Notes under the pieces: generated by a model | What the model was told of the DNA's origin: nothing | What the model saw: the letters and a program-made list of their open reading frames with translations, nothing else | Databases searched by the model: none | NCBI GenBank assembly: GCA_902614655.1 | Contig: CACMLX010000004.1 | Span: forward strand, 2,930 to 66,929 | Direction: 5' to 3' | Source of the DNA: an uncultured Pelagibacteraceae bacterium | Lineage (GTDB): Bacteria > Pseudomonadota > Alphaproteobacteria > Pelagibacterales > AG-422-B15 | Length of the DNA: 64,000 bases | Translations under genes and position numbers: made by a program | In this document: positions 1-11,577 of the stretch, one piece after another | How positions within the stretch are numbered: position 1 is the first letter of the stretch | Layout: every line of letters starts with the position of its first letter

Positions 1-128
1 TCTACTTTAATTGAGTCGAGCATACTTGGTGATGCTCTGCCAGCTCTAATTCCAGACATTTCAGATTTAGCGGATGCTAAAGTTGATCCCATGCGTTTTT
101 CAATATCATCTTTAATTTGTTCAAACAT
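1..128 (-). CDS. frr: Ribosome recycling factor, N-terminal part (runs off window start)
   Basis: Hand translation from ATG at 128: MFEQIKDDIEKRMGSTLASAKSEMSGIRAGRASPSMLDSIKV, with the RRF IRxGRA motif. It follows pyrH with a TAATG overlap. Confidence 0.95.
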   Translation of the reverse strand, partial: MFEQIKDDIEKRMGSTLASAKSEMSGIRAGRASPSMLDSIKV

Positions 129-838
129 TATTTTATTACTGAATAGTCCTGTTTATTATAATATATTTTTTTAAAGCAATCTTTATTTAAAATCGAAAAT
201 ATCTTTATTGGAATTTGATTTTCTCTAGCAACGCTTATTGCGGCGCTATCCATAACCTTTAAATTTTTTGATAAATAGTCACTATATGAAATAGATTTAT
301 ATTTCTTAGCGTTTTTAAATTTTTTTGGATCTTTTTCATAAATACCATCAACTTGTGTAGCTTTATAAATGAAATTACAATCTAGCTCAGCAGCCCTTAG
401 TGATGCAGCTGTATCAGTTGAAAAATATGGATTACCAGTTCCAGCAGCACAGATGATTAGTCTTTGTTTTTCCATGTGCCTAATTGCTTTTCTCCGAATA
501 TAAGTCTCACACACTGATTGTATTGGAAATGCTGACATTACTCGAGTATCAATTTTGAGTTTTTCAAGTGAATTTTGAATAGCAAGACTATTCATTACTG
601 TAGCAAGCATTCCCATATAGTCTGCATTTGCTCTATCCATTCCTTTAGCGGATGCTGCTAATCCTCTAAATATATTTCCTCCCCCAACTACCAAGCATAT
701 TTGTATATTGCATCTTTTTAAACTTAATAAGTCTCTTGCTAATCTGTCGACAGTTTTGAGTTGAATTCCATAATCTTCATTACCCATAAGTGACTCACCG
801 GATAATTTTATTAATACCCGTTTAAAATTTTTTTTCAT
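128..838 (-). CDS. pyrH: UMP kinase
   Basis: KLSGE, GGGNIFRG, GNPYFSTD motifs; tsf-pyrH-frr synteny. Confidence 0.97.
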   Translation of the reverse strand: MKKNFKRVLIKLSGESLMGNEDYGIQLKTVDRLARDLLSLKRCNIQICLVVGGGNIFRGLAASAKGMDRANADYMGMLATVMNSLAIQNSLEKLKIDTRVMSAFPIQSVCETYIRRKAIRHMEKQRLIICAAGTGNPYFSTDTAASLRAAELDCNFIYKATQVDGIYEKDPKKFKNAKKYKSISYSDYLSKNLKVMDSAAISVARENQIPIKIFSILNKDCFKKIYYNKQDYSVIK

Positions 839-843
839 TTTTT

Positions 844-1668
844 TTAAGAACCTATTTGGTATCTAAGATATTTGTTTATAGATATTTTACACCCTAAACT
901 AGAGGAGCTCTCTTTAAGATATTGATCAACGCTTAAATTAGGATCAATTACATATTTTTGTTTTAAAAGAGTTGTTTCCTCAAAAAATTTGTTCAACTTA
1001 CCTTCCATCATTTTTTCTAAAATATTTTCGGGCTTTCCGGTTTCTTTTAATTGCTGTTTTATAATTTCTTTTTCATTTTCAATTATTTTTGTGTCTAAAT
1101 CCTCTTTAGAGATTGATTTTGGCGCTGCAGCAGCTATATGCATGCAAATATTTTTGCCAATTTCATCAACCTGCTTTTCAGCTTTAAGGTCTAATAGTAC
1201 CCCAATTTTTCCCATTCCTTCTTTGACAGAATTGTGAACATAACTATAAATATTGCCTTCAAACACATCTATTTTCTTCAATACAATGTTTTCGCCTATT
1301 TTACCAACCGCTTGATTTATTAGCTCTGATGCAGACTCTTTTGTTTTCTCAATATCTAGACCATTAGTAGTTGATAATTCCAGTATGCTATTAACAAGTT
1401 TATGAAATTCTGAGTTTCTTGAGACAAAGTCGGTTTCAGAGTTTAATTCAATTATTGTTGCAATATTATTATCTATTTTTATTCCTACTAAGCCTTCCTT
1501 AGCTTCTCTTGATGATTTCTTTTCAGCTTTTGCTATACCTTTCTCTCGTAATAATTTGAAGGCTTGATCAATATTTCCAGCGGCTTCTGATAAGGCTATC
1601 TTACATTCCATCATTCCTGCCCCTGATATTTTTCTTAGTTCTTGAACTTCTTTTGCGCTTACAGTCAT
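844..1668 (-). CDS. tsf: Elongation factor Ts
   Basis: LRKISGAGMMECK, ELNSETDFV, MHIAA motifs. Confidence 0.98.
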   Translation of the reverse strand: MTVSAKEVQELRKISGAGMMECKIALSEAAGNIDQAFKLLREKGIAKAEKKSSREAKEGLVGIKIDNNIATIIELNSETDFVSRNSEFHKLVNSILELSTTNGLDIEKTKESASELINQAVGKIGENIVLKKIDVFEGNIYSYVHNSVKEGMGKIGVLLDLKAEKQVDEIGKNICMHIAAAAPKSISKEDLDTKIIENEKEIIKQQLKETGKPENILEKMMEGKLNKFFEETTLLKQKYVIDPNLSVDQYLKESSSSLGCKISINKYLRYQIGS

Positions 1669-1686
1669 TTTTAAGATTTGTTTATC

Positions 1687-2457
1687 CTATTTAATTTCAT
1701 TAATGGCTAACGATTTATCCTGATTTTCTTTTTTTGTATCAGTATTTTGATTTTTCTCAAACTCTTCTAAAATACTTACAGAAGATGAGGTAATTGTTTC
1801 CTTAATAAGTGAACAGTATAAATTTATAGACCTTCTAGAATCATCATTACCAGGTATTGGATAATCAATTAATTCAGGGTCGCAATTAGAGTCGACAATA
1901 CCAATAATTGGTATATTTAGATTCTTTGCCTCAGATACCGCTATATGTTCTAATTTAGTATCAATAATGAATAAGAGGTCTGGAGATTTCTTCATTTGAC
2001 TAATTCCATGCAGTGACTTGACAAGCTTTTGGTGTTGATTTGTGATTTTTAGAATTTCTTTTTTTGTAAATTCATTATTAGGATTAGATTTTAAGATTTC
2101 TAAATCATTCATTTTATTAATTGATTTATTAATAGTTGTCCAATTTGTTAACATACCACCTAACCACCGATGATTTACATAATATTGACCAGTTTCAGTA
2201 GCGAGCTCAGCTATTTTAGAAGAAGCTTGCTTTTTTGTAGCTACAAATAAAATTTTACCACCTTTCGAAACTACATTATCTATTACAACCAAGGCTTCAT
2301 GTAGCATTTGAACTGTATGATTTAAATCTATGATGTGAACATTCTCCCTTGTGCTATGTATGTATTTTGACATTTTTGGATTCCATCTTTGTGATTTATG
2401 GCCAAAGTGGACGCCAGCTTCTACTAAGTCTTTGAGTATAATATTAGGTATTGTCAT
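1687..2457 (-). CDS. rpsB: 30S ribosomal protein S2 (start moved to ATG at 2457, MTIPN)
   Basis: [26 protein letters not shown] motifs; GGAG SD just upstream of ATG 2457. Confidence 0.97.
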   Translation of the reverse strand: MTIPNIILKDLVEAGVHFGHKSQRWNPKMSKYIHSTRENVHIIDLNHTVQMLHEALVVIDNVVSKGGKILFVATKKQASSKIAELATETGQYYVNHRWLGGMLTNWTTINKSINKMNDLEILKSNPNNEFTKKEILKITNQHQKLVKSLHGISQMKKSPDLLFIIDTKLEHIAVSEAKNLNIPIIGIVDSNCDPELIDYPIPGNDDSRRSINLYCSLIKETITSSSVSILEEFEKNQNTDTKKENQDKSLAINEIK

Positions 2458-2459
2458 AT

Positions 2460-2535
2460 GATTTCTCCGGTTATTCATCCACAGCAATTTGACCTCAAGA
2501 GGACCGGACAGCTTTACGCTATCGCCGTGTGATAT
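2460..2535 (-). ncRNA. rpsB leader (t44-like S2 autoregulatory RNA)
   Basis: GC-richer leader on the minus strand, CACACGGCG...GGTC...GTGGATGAATAACC, directly upstream of rpsB; resembles the recalled t44/rpsB leader pattern. Confidence 0.6.
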
Positions 2536-2580
2536 TTAAAAAATTAGATATATTAAAATATAATAAATTACAACAGCTTA

Positions 2581-5500
2581 TTATGCGAAATCAATCTTTT
2601 TAACACCGGTGAGTTTTTTCATTTTATCTAACATTTCTGAATTGATATAATAATTACCAGGGATTTTAAGTAATTGATTATCAATGATTATTTCAACTCT
2701 ATTTTGACCCTTTATCCAATTAAGTTTTGCCAACTCATTTTTAGAAAAATTTCGATCAGCATAAATCTTTAATGTCTGTTGCTTAATATTTTGCTTTGTT
2801 TTTATTTTAAGATTTTCATTATTATTAAATTTTTCTATTTCTTCAAAGCTAAAAACTTTTTTTAGTTCACCTCTTAGCGTTCCGTTTTGAGTAGTAAAAT
2901 CTACACCTAAAACAAATGAATCACCTTCGATAAGAAGTTCTCTATATTTCCTGAGATTACTTTCAAAAATAATTAATTCATAAATAGAAGAAGGATCAGA
3001 AAAGTTTAGAAAAGCATAAGCATTACCTCTAGTAGATCTTTTTTCTTTTTTAGAAAGAAGTGTTCCGCCAATCAAGACATCCTTTTTATTGTGAAGGTCA
3101 GAATTTTCCCTAATTTCACTATACTCTTTCAGCAATAAAGAATTATAATACTTCTTATGTATCTCTATAGGATGTCCTGATAGATAAAAACCTAGCATTT
3201 CATATTCTTTCATTAATTTATAACTATGTTTCCATTCTTCATCATTAACTAAATCAAAATTTGACATGGTAGTTTTACTAAACATGTCCACTTGAGAATT
3301 ACCAGCATTGGTATTTAATAACTTGTGATATTTAACAATATCTGATGCTTGATTAAAAATAGCTGCTCTATTAATTTTAAATTCATCAAACGCTCCAGCG
3401 CACGATAATGCTTCAATTGTCTTTTTGTTAATAACTGAGTTACTGCATCTATTTATAAAGTCATTAAAGTCTCTAAAACTTCCATTCAATTTTCTTTCGT
3501 TATACAAATCCTTCATAGACTCAATTCCAACATTTTTAATTGCTCCTAAAGCATAAAGTATTGAGTCATTGTTTCTTAAAAAATTTGGCCCTGAATAATT
3601 TACACTTGGAGGTGATAATTTTATCTTGAGTCGATTTAACTCCTGCTGGAAAATTGATATTTTATCCGTATTGTTCATATCTAACGTCATTGATGCTGCA
3701 AAAAATTCTATTGGATAGTGTGCTTTTAAATAAGCTGTTTGAAAAGCAATCATAGCATATGCTGCAGCATGGCTTTTATTAAAGCCGTAATCAGCAAATT
3801 TTGATAATAAATCAAAAATTGAGCGTGCCTCCGTTGCTTTTATATTCTTTTTTAAACAACCATCTATAAATCTTTGTTTTTGTGCATTCATTTCTTTTTG
3901 AATTTTTTTTCCCATCGCTCTTCTAAGTAAGTCTGCCTCGCCGTCTGAATATCCTGACAATTCTCTGGCTACACCCATAACCTGCTCTTGGTATATTATA
4001 ACTCCATAAGTTTCCTCTAAAAGTTTTTCTAATTGAGGATGAATATAGTCTGGTTTTTCTCTGCCATGTTTTCTCTCAATATAGCTTGGAATATTTGCCA
4101 TAGGTCCAGGTCGATATAGAGCAACGATTGCTATGATGTCCTCAAACTTATCTGGCTTGAGTTGCTTAAGAGTATCTTTCATTCCAGCACTTTCTAATTG
4201 AAAGATTCCTGTTGTTTCGCCGGTGCTTAATAAACTATAAGTCTCTTGATCATTTATATTTATATTATCAATATTAAATTCAGGATTATTTACTTTTACT
4301 AATCTTACACAATTATCAATAAGCGTTAGAGTTTTTAATCCTAAAAAATCAAATTTTACCAAGCCTGCATTCTCTACCCATTTCATATCAAATTGGGTTA
4401 GCAGAATATCTGAGTCTGGATCACTATATATTGGAACATCTTTAAATACTTCTTCTTTTGAAATTACAACTCCAGCTGCGTGAATTGATGCATGCCTTTT
4501 AAGGCCTTCTAATTTTAAAGATATATCCAATAACTTTGCAATCTTATCATCTTTATTTGCCTCTTCATTAAGTCTTGGTTCTTCATCAATATATTGCTGT
4601 AAAGACATGGGTCTTGAAGGATCAAAAGGCATAAGTTTGCATAGGTAATCAACTTGACCATATGGCATGCCCAGGACTCTTCCTACGTCTCTAATCACAG
4701 CGCGCGCCTGTAATTTTCCAAAGGTAATTATTTGAGCAACATGATTATTTCCATATTTTGAGTGAACATATTCTAAAACACGGTCTCTTCCATCACGGCA
4801 GAAATCAATATCAAAATCGGGTAGAGATACTCTTTCAGGGTTTAAAAATCTTTCAAATATTAGACCAAATTTTATCGGATCCAAGTCTGTAATTTTTAAA
4901 CACCAAGCTACTAAAGATCCTGCTCCTGATCCTCTTCCAGGACCAACAGGTATATTATTATCTTTTGCCCATCTTATAAAATCTGAAACAATTAAAAAAT
5001 AACCCTCATATTTCATATCTATAATTATTTTTAACTCTTTTTCTAATCTGTCCTCATATTTCTTTTTTATATTTAATTGTAAGTTATTATCTATTTGTTC
5101 ACTCATAAATTTTTGTGCAAGATTTTGTTCAAGGCCTTGATGAGAAAGTTCTCTTAATAATTTTTTTTCTTGATTATCGTCATTATGATAAGATGGAAGC
5201 ACTGGCATTTTAATTTTAGGTCTATGAGAGCACCTTTGTGCGATCTCAATTGTGTTAAATAATGCTTCTGGAATATCTGAAAACAGTTCTTGCATCTCTT
5301 TTTGAGACTTAAAATAGTGATTTTTTGACAGTCTTTTTCTGTCTTTTTGTGAGACAAAAAGTTTTTTTTCTATACACATAAGAGCGTCATGTGCTTCAAA
5401 ATGATCAGGTCCCTCAAAGTAAACATCGTTAGTTGCAACTACTGGGATATTATTGTCATACGCTAAATTAAGAATTACCGCTTCATCAATTCTATAATCA

Positions 5501-6039
5501 TTCTCTCCGATTCTCTGAATTTCTATGTAAAAATTATCTATAAATTCTTTTTTGAAGTCAGCTATAAATGACACAGATTGTGAGGTAATGTTATTACCAG
5601 TAGAGTATTTTAAAATTGAATTGTTTCCCCCAGAAAGAACTAATAGACCTTCTTTATTTTTAAACAACTGCTCAATATCTACATAAGCATTTTCTTTATG
5701 ATTCATGTATGCTCTTGAAATAATATTTAATAAATTTTTATAACCATCTTCATTTTTAGAAAAAATATTAAGAAAGAAATGGAGATCTTCATCTTCAATG
5801 TTTTCATGAAGATAACTTTTAGGAGTTTTGATTTTTAAATTGCACCCTATTATGGGTTGAACCCCGACACTTGATACTTTCTCACTAAATTCCAAAGCTC
5901 CAAACATATTATTTGTGTCAGTGATGCCTACAGCCGGCATTTTAAAGGTCTGACATAGTTCTGATATACGCGCTATAGGCAAAGCACCTTCTGATAATGA
6001 GTATTCTGTTTTATTTGTTAAATGAATAAAGTCGCTCAC
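2581..6039 (-). CDS. dnaE: DNA polymerase III alpha subunit
   Basis: GPGRGSGAGS, PDFDIDF, KFDFLGL, YGFNKSHAAAY motifs; GTG start. Confidence 0.98.
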   Translation of the reverse strand: MSDFIHLTNKTEYSLSEGALPIARISELCQTFKMPAVGITDTNNMFGALEFSEKVSSVGVQPIIGCNLKIKTPKSYLHENIEDEDLHFFLNIFSKNEDGYKNLLNIISRAYMNHKENAYVDIEQLFKNKEGLLVLSGGNNSILKYSTGNNITSQSVSFIADFKKEFIDNFYIEIQRIGENDYRIDEAVILNLAYDNNIPVVATNDVYFEGPDHFEAHDALMCIEKKLFVSQKDRKRLSKNHYFKSQKEMQELFSDIPEALFNTIEIAQRCSHRPKIKMPVLPSYHNDDNQEKKLLRELSHQGLEQNLAQKFMSEQIDNNLQLNIKKKYEDRLEKELKIIIDMKYEGYFLIVSDFIRWAKDNNIPVGPGRGSGAGSLVAWCLKITDLDPIKFGLIFERFLNPERVSLPDFDIDFCRDGRDRVLEYVHSKYGNNHVAQIITFGKLQARAVIRDVGRVLGMPYGQVDYLCKLMPFDPSRPMSLQQYIDEEPRLNEEANKDDKIAKLLDISLKLEGLKRHASIHAAGVVISKEEVFKDVPIYSDPDSDILLTQFDMKWVENAGLVKFDFLGLKTLTLIDNCVRLVKVNNPEFNIDNININDQETYSLLSTGETTGIFQLESAGMKDTLKQLKPDKFEDIIAIVALYRPGPMANIPSYIERKHGREKPDYIHPQLEKLLEETYGVIIYQEQVMGVARELSGYSDGEADLLRRAMGKKIQKEMNAQKQRFIDGCLKKNIKATEARSIFDLLSKFADYGFNKSHAAAYAMIAFQTAYLKAHYPIEFFAASMTLDMNNTDKISIFQQELNRLKIKLSPPSVNYSGPNFLRNNDSILYALGAIKNVGIESMKDLYNERKLNGSFRDFNDFINRCSNSVINKKTIEALSCAGAFDEFKINRAAIFNQASDIVKYHKLLNTNAGNSQVDMFSKTTMSNFDLVNDEEWKHSYKLMKEYEMLGFYLSGHPIEIHKKYYNSLLLKEYSEIRENSDLHNKKDVLIGGTLLSKKEKRSTRGNAYAFLNFSDPSSIYELIIFESNLRKYRELLIEGDSFVLGVDFTTQNGTLRGELKKVFSFEEIEKFNNNENLKIKTKQNIKQQTLKIYADRNFSKNELAKLNWIKGQNRVEIIIDNQLLKIPGNYYINSEMLDKMKKLTGVKKIDFA

Positions 6040-6696
6040 TTATAAATTTATCCTCTTATTTGCCTTAGATGCCAACTCCTCATCATGAGTAGCTACAATA
6101 AGTGTCATATTTTCTGATTCGACATAATTTTTTAAATAATTAAACACCAAATCAGAATTCTTACTGTCTAAATTACCAGTTGGCTCATCGGCAATTATGA
6201 ATTTTGGATTATTTACTAAAGCTCTTGATATTGCTACTCTCTGCTGCTCTCCTCCTGATAATGAATTTGGAAAATGTAAAGATCTATCATCAATCATAAA
6301 TACCTTCATTATATTTTCTGCCCTTTGTATCGCCTCGACCTTACTGTATCCATTTAAGATTAGCGGTAATGCAACATTTTCTATTGCATTAAAATTTTCC
6401 AATAAGTTATAGTTTTGATAGATAAATCCGTAATTATTTCTTCTAAATTTATTCTTCTGTTCACTATTTAAATTCGTGAGATCCTTACCGTTGAATAAAA
6501 TAGTGCCTTCATCAAATGTGTCGAGTAACCCTACCAAGTTAAGTAGAGTAGTTTTTCCTGAACCTGAGGGACCTGTAACTGCAATAAAATCATTACTTTT
6601 AACTTCTAGAGAAATATCTTTTAAAATAGATAAACTATTATTAGCTTGATGGTAGGATTTTGAAATGTTTTTTAAAATTAGATTTGATTCAGACAT
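6040..6696 (-). CDS. lolD: Lipoprotein-releasing ABC transporter ATPase
   Basis: GPSGSGKT, LSGGEQQRV, ADEPTGNLD; adjacent to lolC/E. Confidence 0.9.
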   Translation of the reverse strand: MSESNLILKNISKSYHQANNSLSILKDISLEVKSNDFIAVTGPSGSGKTTLLNLVGLLDTFDEGTILFNGKDLTNLNSEQKNKFRRNNYGFIYQNYNLLENFNAIENVALPLILNGYSKVEAIQRAENIMKVFMIDDRSLHFPNSLSGGEQQRVAISRALVNNPKFIIADEPTGNLDSKNSDLVFNYLKNYVESENMTLIVATHDEELASKANKRINL

Positions 6697-7912
6697 TATT
6701 TAATATTCCTCTAATCTCTGTCTTAGAAGCTTTATAGGCTGGATATACAGTCGCTATTATTGATATAATTAATGAAAAGAAAATAATTAATATAATTTGA
6801 CTCATATCAATACTGGTTGGCATTTTATCAAGATAATAAAACTCAGATGGAAATAAATTTAAATTGAAAGTTGAATTTAGTAAATTTCTTATTATATCAA
6901 TATTTATTGTAAAAAGTATTCCAAGAATGGAACCTATGATCGTTCCACTAAACCCTATAAAAGTACCAACTAGCAAAAATATTCTTAAAATTGAACTATC
7001 ACTGCTACCAATTGTTTTGAGTACTGCTATTTCTCTATTTTTATTTTGTACTAGAATAAATAGGCTTGTAACAATATTAAATGCAGCAATTATAATAATA
7101 AGTGATAATACAAAGAACATCAATTCACGCTCCGTCGCCAACACTTCCCAAAAAGAACTATTTAGATCAATCCAATCTTTTACTAAATAACCATCATTAT
7201 AAATTTCCAGTAAATCATTCTTAACTTTTTCTACATCATTGATATCTTTTAAGTGTATCTCAATGGTTGATATCTCATTATTGAGACTCAAGAGTTTTTG
7301 AACATTTGCAAGTGAAGTAAACGCAAAATTTTTATCATATTCACTCATACCAGAACTAAATGTGGCCGATACTGTCATTTTGTGTGATCTTGGGATTTGA
7401 CCTAGTGGAGTAGAAATCATTGAAGAAGAAGTGACTTTTATTTTGTCGCCAGGTAATACACCTAAAGAAAAAGCTAGTTCTTCACCTAATATTATTGAAT
7501 CGGTAGTTAGTAGATTATCATTATTTAGATTATCAACAAATTCGTAAAATTTAATATTCTCATCATTGATCGATTTGATAACTATTCCATTGCTCTTATT
7601 CGCTGAACTTATTAATGCTTGAATAGATATATTTCTATCAATAAATAATATTTCCTTAATTTCAGAAAGACTTTTATCATTCTCAAAGTATGGCTCTATA
7701 TTTTTAATATAAATATGGCCATTGAAACCAATAATTCTTTTTTTTAGTTCATCATGAAAGCCATTCATTACAGACATCACAATTATTAATGTTGCAACGC
7801 CAATACAAATCCCAATAAATGATAGCCATGAAATTACTGATAACAACCCACCTTTTCTCAAAGGAACCAAATACCTAAAAGCTATAAATCTCTCAAAATA
7901 ATTAAATGGCAC
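6689..7912 (-). CDS. lolC: Lipoprotein-releasing ABC transporter permease LolC/E
   Basis: IIVMSVMNGF, AAFNIV, REIAVLKTIG, ATVYPA motifs. Confidence 0.9.
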   Translation of the reverse strand: MPFNYFERFIAFRYLVPLRKGGLLSVISWLSFIGICIGVATLIIVMSVMNGFHDELKKRIIGFNGHIYIKNIEPYFENDKSLSEIKEILFIDRNISIQALISSANKSNGIVIKSINDENIKFYEFVDNLNNDNLLTTDSIILGEELAFSLGVLPGDKIKVTSSSMISTPLGQIPRSHKMTVSATFSSGMSEYDKNFAFTSLANVQKLLSLNNEISTIEIHLKDINDVEKVKNDLLEIYNDGYLVKDWIDLNSSFWEVLATERELMFFVLSLIIIIAAFNIVTSLFILVQNKNREIAVLKTIGSSDSSILRIFLLVGTFIGFSGTIIGSILGILFTINIDIIRNLLNSTFNLNLFPSEFYYLDKMPTSIDMSQIILIIFFSLIISIIATVYPAYKASKTEIRGILNNV

Positions 7913-7916
7913 TTTT

Positions 7917-9242
7917 TTAAACGTTCATTTCTTTTAGAAATTTACCTAATTTATCAAGGTTAATGAATTCTGTTTCTCCACTTTTTCTATTTTTATGCTC
8001 AACTATACCCTCTGACACAGCTTTGCTTCCTATTATAATTTGATGCGGTAAACCTATTAAATCCATTCTAGAAAACTTTACTCCTGCGTTATCATTTTTA
8101 TCATCAAATAAAACTTCAGATTTATCATTAATTTGATTGTAAACTTTATTAGCAATTGAGGAGACTTCATCGTCTTTTGGTTTCAAGTTTATAACACCAA
8201 GTGCAAATGGTGACACTGCATCAGGCCATATTATTCCACTTTCATCATTAGAGGATTCTATTACAGCGCCCACTAGACGTGAAATTCCTATTCCATATGA
8301 TCCCATGTGTACCGTTTTTTCTTTTCCATCATAATCTAACACATTTGCCTTCATTGATTTTGAATATTTTGTTCCAAAATGGAATATGTGACCCACTTCA
8401 ATTCCTTTTGAATTCATTTGTTTTTCTTTTTGAACTATTTCATCAAATTTAGCCTTGTCATGTTTCTCATCTGAAGCAGTGTAATAACTTTTAAATTTTT
8501 CAACAATTGTATTTAGGTCATCGTCATAGCTAATGTCAGAAATCTTATTTCCTTCATTTAGTATATTATTATCAAAATAAATATCACTTTCCCCTGTATT
8601 AGAAATAATTATGAATTCATGTGAGAGATCTCCACCAATGGGCCCTGTATCAGCAGCCATAGGTATTGCTTTGAGACCTAATCTTGCAAATGTTTTTAAA
8701 TAACAAATAAAAAAACGATTATAAGTATCTTCTGATGACGCCGCATCAATATCAAAAGAGTACGCATCTTTCATTAAAAATTCCCTACCTCTCATTACGC
8801 CAAATCTTGGCCTTAATTCATCTCTAAATTTCCACTGTATATGGTAGAGCAGCATTGGAAGCTCTTTATAGGACTTAACATTTCTTCTAAATATGTCTGT
8901 AATTTGCTCCTCGTTTGTCGGGCCATAAAGCATTTCTCTTTCTTGACGATCATTAATTCTTAACATCTCTTTTCCATAATCTTCATATCTTCCACTTTCT
9001 TTCCATAAATCTGCTGGTTGAATAGTTGGCATTAGTATTTCATTAACTCCCGCCCTATTCTGTTCATCTCTGACGATATTTTCAATTTTTTTTAAAACCT
9101 TTAGCCCAAGAGGCAGCCAAGAGTAAATACCAGAACTTGATTGACTGATCATACCAGACCGCAGCATAAGTTTATGAGAAACAATTTCTGCTTCACTAGG
9201 AGACTCTTTTAATACAGGTAGAAAATAATTAGATAACTTCAT
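7917..9242 (-). CDS. proS: Proline--tRNA ligase (short form without editing insertion)
   Basis: [46 protein letters not shown]. Confidence 0.97.
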   Translation of the reverse strand: MKLSNYFLPVLKESPSEAEIVSHKLMLRSGMISQSSSGIYSWLPLGLKVLKKIENIVRDEQNRAGVNEILMPTIQPADLWKESGRYEDYGKEMLRINDRQEREMLYGPTNEEQITDIFRRNVKSYKELPMLLYHIQWKFRDELRPRFGVMRGREFLMKDAYSFDIDAASSEDTYNRFFICYLKTFARLGLKAIPMAADTGPIGGDLSHEFIIISNTGESDIYFDNNILNEGNKISDISYDDDLNTIVEKFKSYYTASDEKHDKAKFDEIVQKEKQMNSKGIEVGHIFHFGTKYSKSMKANVLDYDGKEKTVHMGSYGIGISRLVGAVIESSNDESGIIWPDAVSPFALGVINLKPKDDEVSSIANKVYNQINDKSEVLFDDKNDNAGVKFSRMDLIGLPHQIIIGSKAVSEGIVEHKNRKSGETEFINLDKLGKFLKEMNV

Positions 9243-9498
9243 TTATGTAAAAAAGCTTTAAGATATACATCAGAAAGCCTTCATTATTTAGAAAACTATA
9301 TATGATAAACCAGATGACTATTGAGACAACTGTTGTAATTAAGAATTTTCTAAATAATTGTGGATTATTAGGCGCTCCAGGGTCTTCCCCTTCTATATAG
9401 TTTCCTGACCTGCTTTTATTTATATTAATTGGGAGTGATATGAAAAAAATTAACCACCAAATTAATAAAAAAATGATAATTGAGCCAGTTATACCCAA
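9229..9498 (-). CDS. DUF1467-family small membrane protein
   Basis: [10 protein letters not shown] and GEDPGAP motifs; conserved alphaproteobacterial position between mce and proS. Confidence 0.8.
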   Translation of the reverse strand: MGITGSIIIFLLIWWLIFFISLPININKSRSGNYIEGEDPGAPNNPQLFRKFLITTVVSIVIWFIIYSFLNNEGFLMYILKLFYINEVI

Positions 9499-9499
9499 A

Positions 9500-9904
9500 T
9501 TATACTTCTTCTAACTCTATGAGTGTTCCGTTACAGCTTTTTGGATGAAGAAAAACTACTGGTTTACCGTGAGCACCAATTTTTGGTTTACCAGTACCAG
9601 TTATTGATACTTCATGAGTATTTAATTTATCTATAGCAGTATTAATGTCATTTACTTCTAGGCAAATATGATGCATTCCACCTTTTGGATTTTTATCAAT
9701 AAAGTTTTGAATTGGAGACCCCTCACCTAGAACTTCTAACAATTCTATTTTTGTATTACCTAAATCTATAAATACTGTTGTTACGCCATGATCGGGTTGT
9801 TCAACAGGTTCAGATACCTTTGCACCAAAAATGTTTTTATATTGCTCAGCAGCTTCTTTTATATTTGGTACCGCAATAGCGATGTGATTTAATTTTCCGA
9901 TCAT
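9500..9904 (-). CDS. mce: Methylmalonyl-CoA epimerase
   Basis: LNHIAIAV, GGMHHICLEV, GAHGKPVVFLHPK, GTLIELEE. Confidence 0.93.
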   Translation of the reverse strand: MIGKLNHIAIAVPNIKEAAEQYKNIFGAKVSEPVEQPDHGVTTVFIDLGNTKIELLEVLGEGSPIQNFIDKNPKGGMHHICLEVNDINTAIDKLNTHEVSITGTGKPKIGAHGKPVVFLHPKSCNGTLIELEEV

Positions 9905-9909
9905 ACTAA

Positions 9910-11577
9910 CTAAATATGAACAATACTTATGTTTGTCAAAGGTTTTTTACGAGTATGCTTGAAAACAAAATTTCGTGATAATGTCTCGAGCTTTTGATAT
10001 AGTTTTTTTTCTTTTTTTGATAAATTTGTCTTATCCTCAAAAAATTTATAAATTTCCTCTTCTAATAAATATACCATCTCATCGTTCTCATATTCTTGAT
10101 CGCTTACGATGCCACTGCTAATAATCAATGGATTTTCTTTTAAATTCATTTTTTGATCAATTATACATGTAACATTCAATACGCCATTGTAAGCCATTCT
10201 TTTTCTATCTTTAATATGACTGCTTTCACTTTTTACTAATCTATTTCCATCAAAGTACTGTCTGCCAGAGTCACACTGATCAACCACGTATGGCGATCCA
10301 GGGGCAATTTGCAATATATCGCCATTAGAAATTAGCATTGGAAACTTAACACCCATTTCCTTCGCAAGATTTGAATGCCTTTTTAAGTGTCTGTGTTCAC
10401 CGTGAACTGGAACTGAAATTGCAGGTTTAATATTTTCATACATATCAACCATTTCATCTAAGCATGGATGACCCGATACATGTATATTTTCATCATACTC
10501 AGTTATAACATTTGCACCTAACTCTGAAAGCCGATTAAACAATTGGAAGATTTTCTTCTCATTGCCAGGTATAATTTTTGATGAAAAAATAATAGTATCA
10601 TCTAAATCAATATCGACATGAGGAAAGTCTTGATTTGCAATTCGCATCATTGCGCCCCTTGGTTCACCTTGACTGCCTGTACAGAGGTACAAAACTTCTT
10701 CCCTCTTTTTTTTAACTGCTTCCTTTTCAGATAAGATAACATCTATATCATTAAGAATACCATTTTGCCTTGCGACACTTATCATGCGATGCATAGATCT
10801 GCCTAATACGACTAACGATCTATTTGTTTCCTTTGCAGCGTGGGCGATTGTTTCAAGTCTTGCTACATTTGAAGCAAAAGATGTTACGAAAACTCTATTC
10901 TTTATCCCTTTTATAACTTCAGTTAAATTATTTTTAACTTCTGACTCTGATCCGGATCTTCCTTTTGTTAAGACGTTTGTTGAGTCGCAAACCATTGCTA
11001 GAATATCTTTAGTATTTGATTTGAGTTCGTTAAAGTCAATAGCTTTTCCTACAACTGGATCATCATCAATTTTCCAGTCGCCAGTATGATATATATTCCC
11101 TAGCTCTGTTTTTATGATAAGTGAATTTGGCTCTGGTATTGAGTGCGTGAGAGTTTGAAGTTTTATATCGAAGGGTTTTATTCGTATTTCAGAAGACAGA
11201 TCTATTACATTCAAATAACCTTCATGATCTAATCCTCTTTCTTCAAATTTAAGTCTTATTATTGAAGCTGTAAATGGAGTAGCATAAATAGGACATTTTA
11301 AATCTGGCCATAGATATGCAAGACCGCCAACATGATCTTCATGAGCATGAGTTATTATAATACCAGATAAATTATCTTTTCTTTCCTTTATAAAATCATG
11401 ATCAGGTAAAATAATGTCTACACCTGGTGTGGTCTCATCCCCAAATGTGATACCAACATCAACAATTAGCCATTTCATGTCATCAATCTCTTTACCGTAT
11501 CCGTAGAGATTCATGTTCATCCCAATTTCACCAGTGCCTCCTAAAGGCAGAAATACTAATCTATCACCTTTGGTCAT
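9910..11577 (-). CDS. rnj: Ribonuclease J
   Basis: PLGGTGEIGMN, THAHEDH, HVSGH, PVHGE. Confidence 0.95.
   Translation of the reverse strand: MTKGDRLVFLPLGGTGEIGMNMNLYGYGKEIDDMKWLIVDVGITFGDETTPGVDIILPDHDFIKERKDNLSGIIITHAHEDHVGGLAYLWPDLKCPIYATPFTASIIRLKFEERGLDHEGYLNVIDLSSEIRIKPFDIKLQTLTHSIPEPNSLIIKTELGNIYHTGDWKIDDDPVVGKAIDFNELKSNTKDILAMVCDSTNVLTKGRSGSESEVKNNLTEVIKGIKNRVFVTSFASNVARLETIAHAAKETNRSLVVLGRSMHRMISVARQNGILNDIDVILSEKEAVKKKREEVLYLCTGSQGEPRGAMMRIANQDFPHVDIDLDDTIIFSSKIIPGNEKKIFQLFNRLSELGANVITEYDENIHVSGHPCLDEMVDMYENIKPAISVPVHGEHRHLKRHSNLAKEMGVKFPMLISNGDILQIAPGSPYVVDQCDSGRQYFDGNRLVKSESSHIKDRKRMAYNGVLNVTCIIDQKMNLKENPLIISSGIVSDQEYENDEMVYLLEEEIYKFFEDKTNLSKKEKKLYQKLETLSRNFVFKHTRKKPLTNISIVHI

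Noticed and set aside
2458-2487. ORF-track N-terminal extension of RpsB
   Set aside because: Lies in the rpsB leader; the SD supports ATG 2457
5990-6039. Degenerate PHP metal ligands in DnaE (HLTNK)
   Set aside because: The PHP site is often inactive in proteobacterial DnaE, which relies on DnaQ
7917-9242. ProRS lacking the editing domain
   Set aside because: Normal short alphaproteobacterial form
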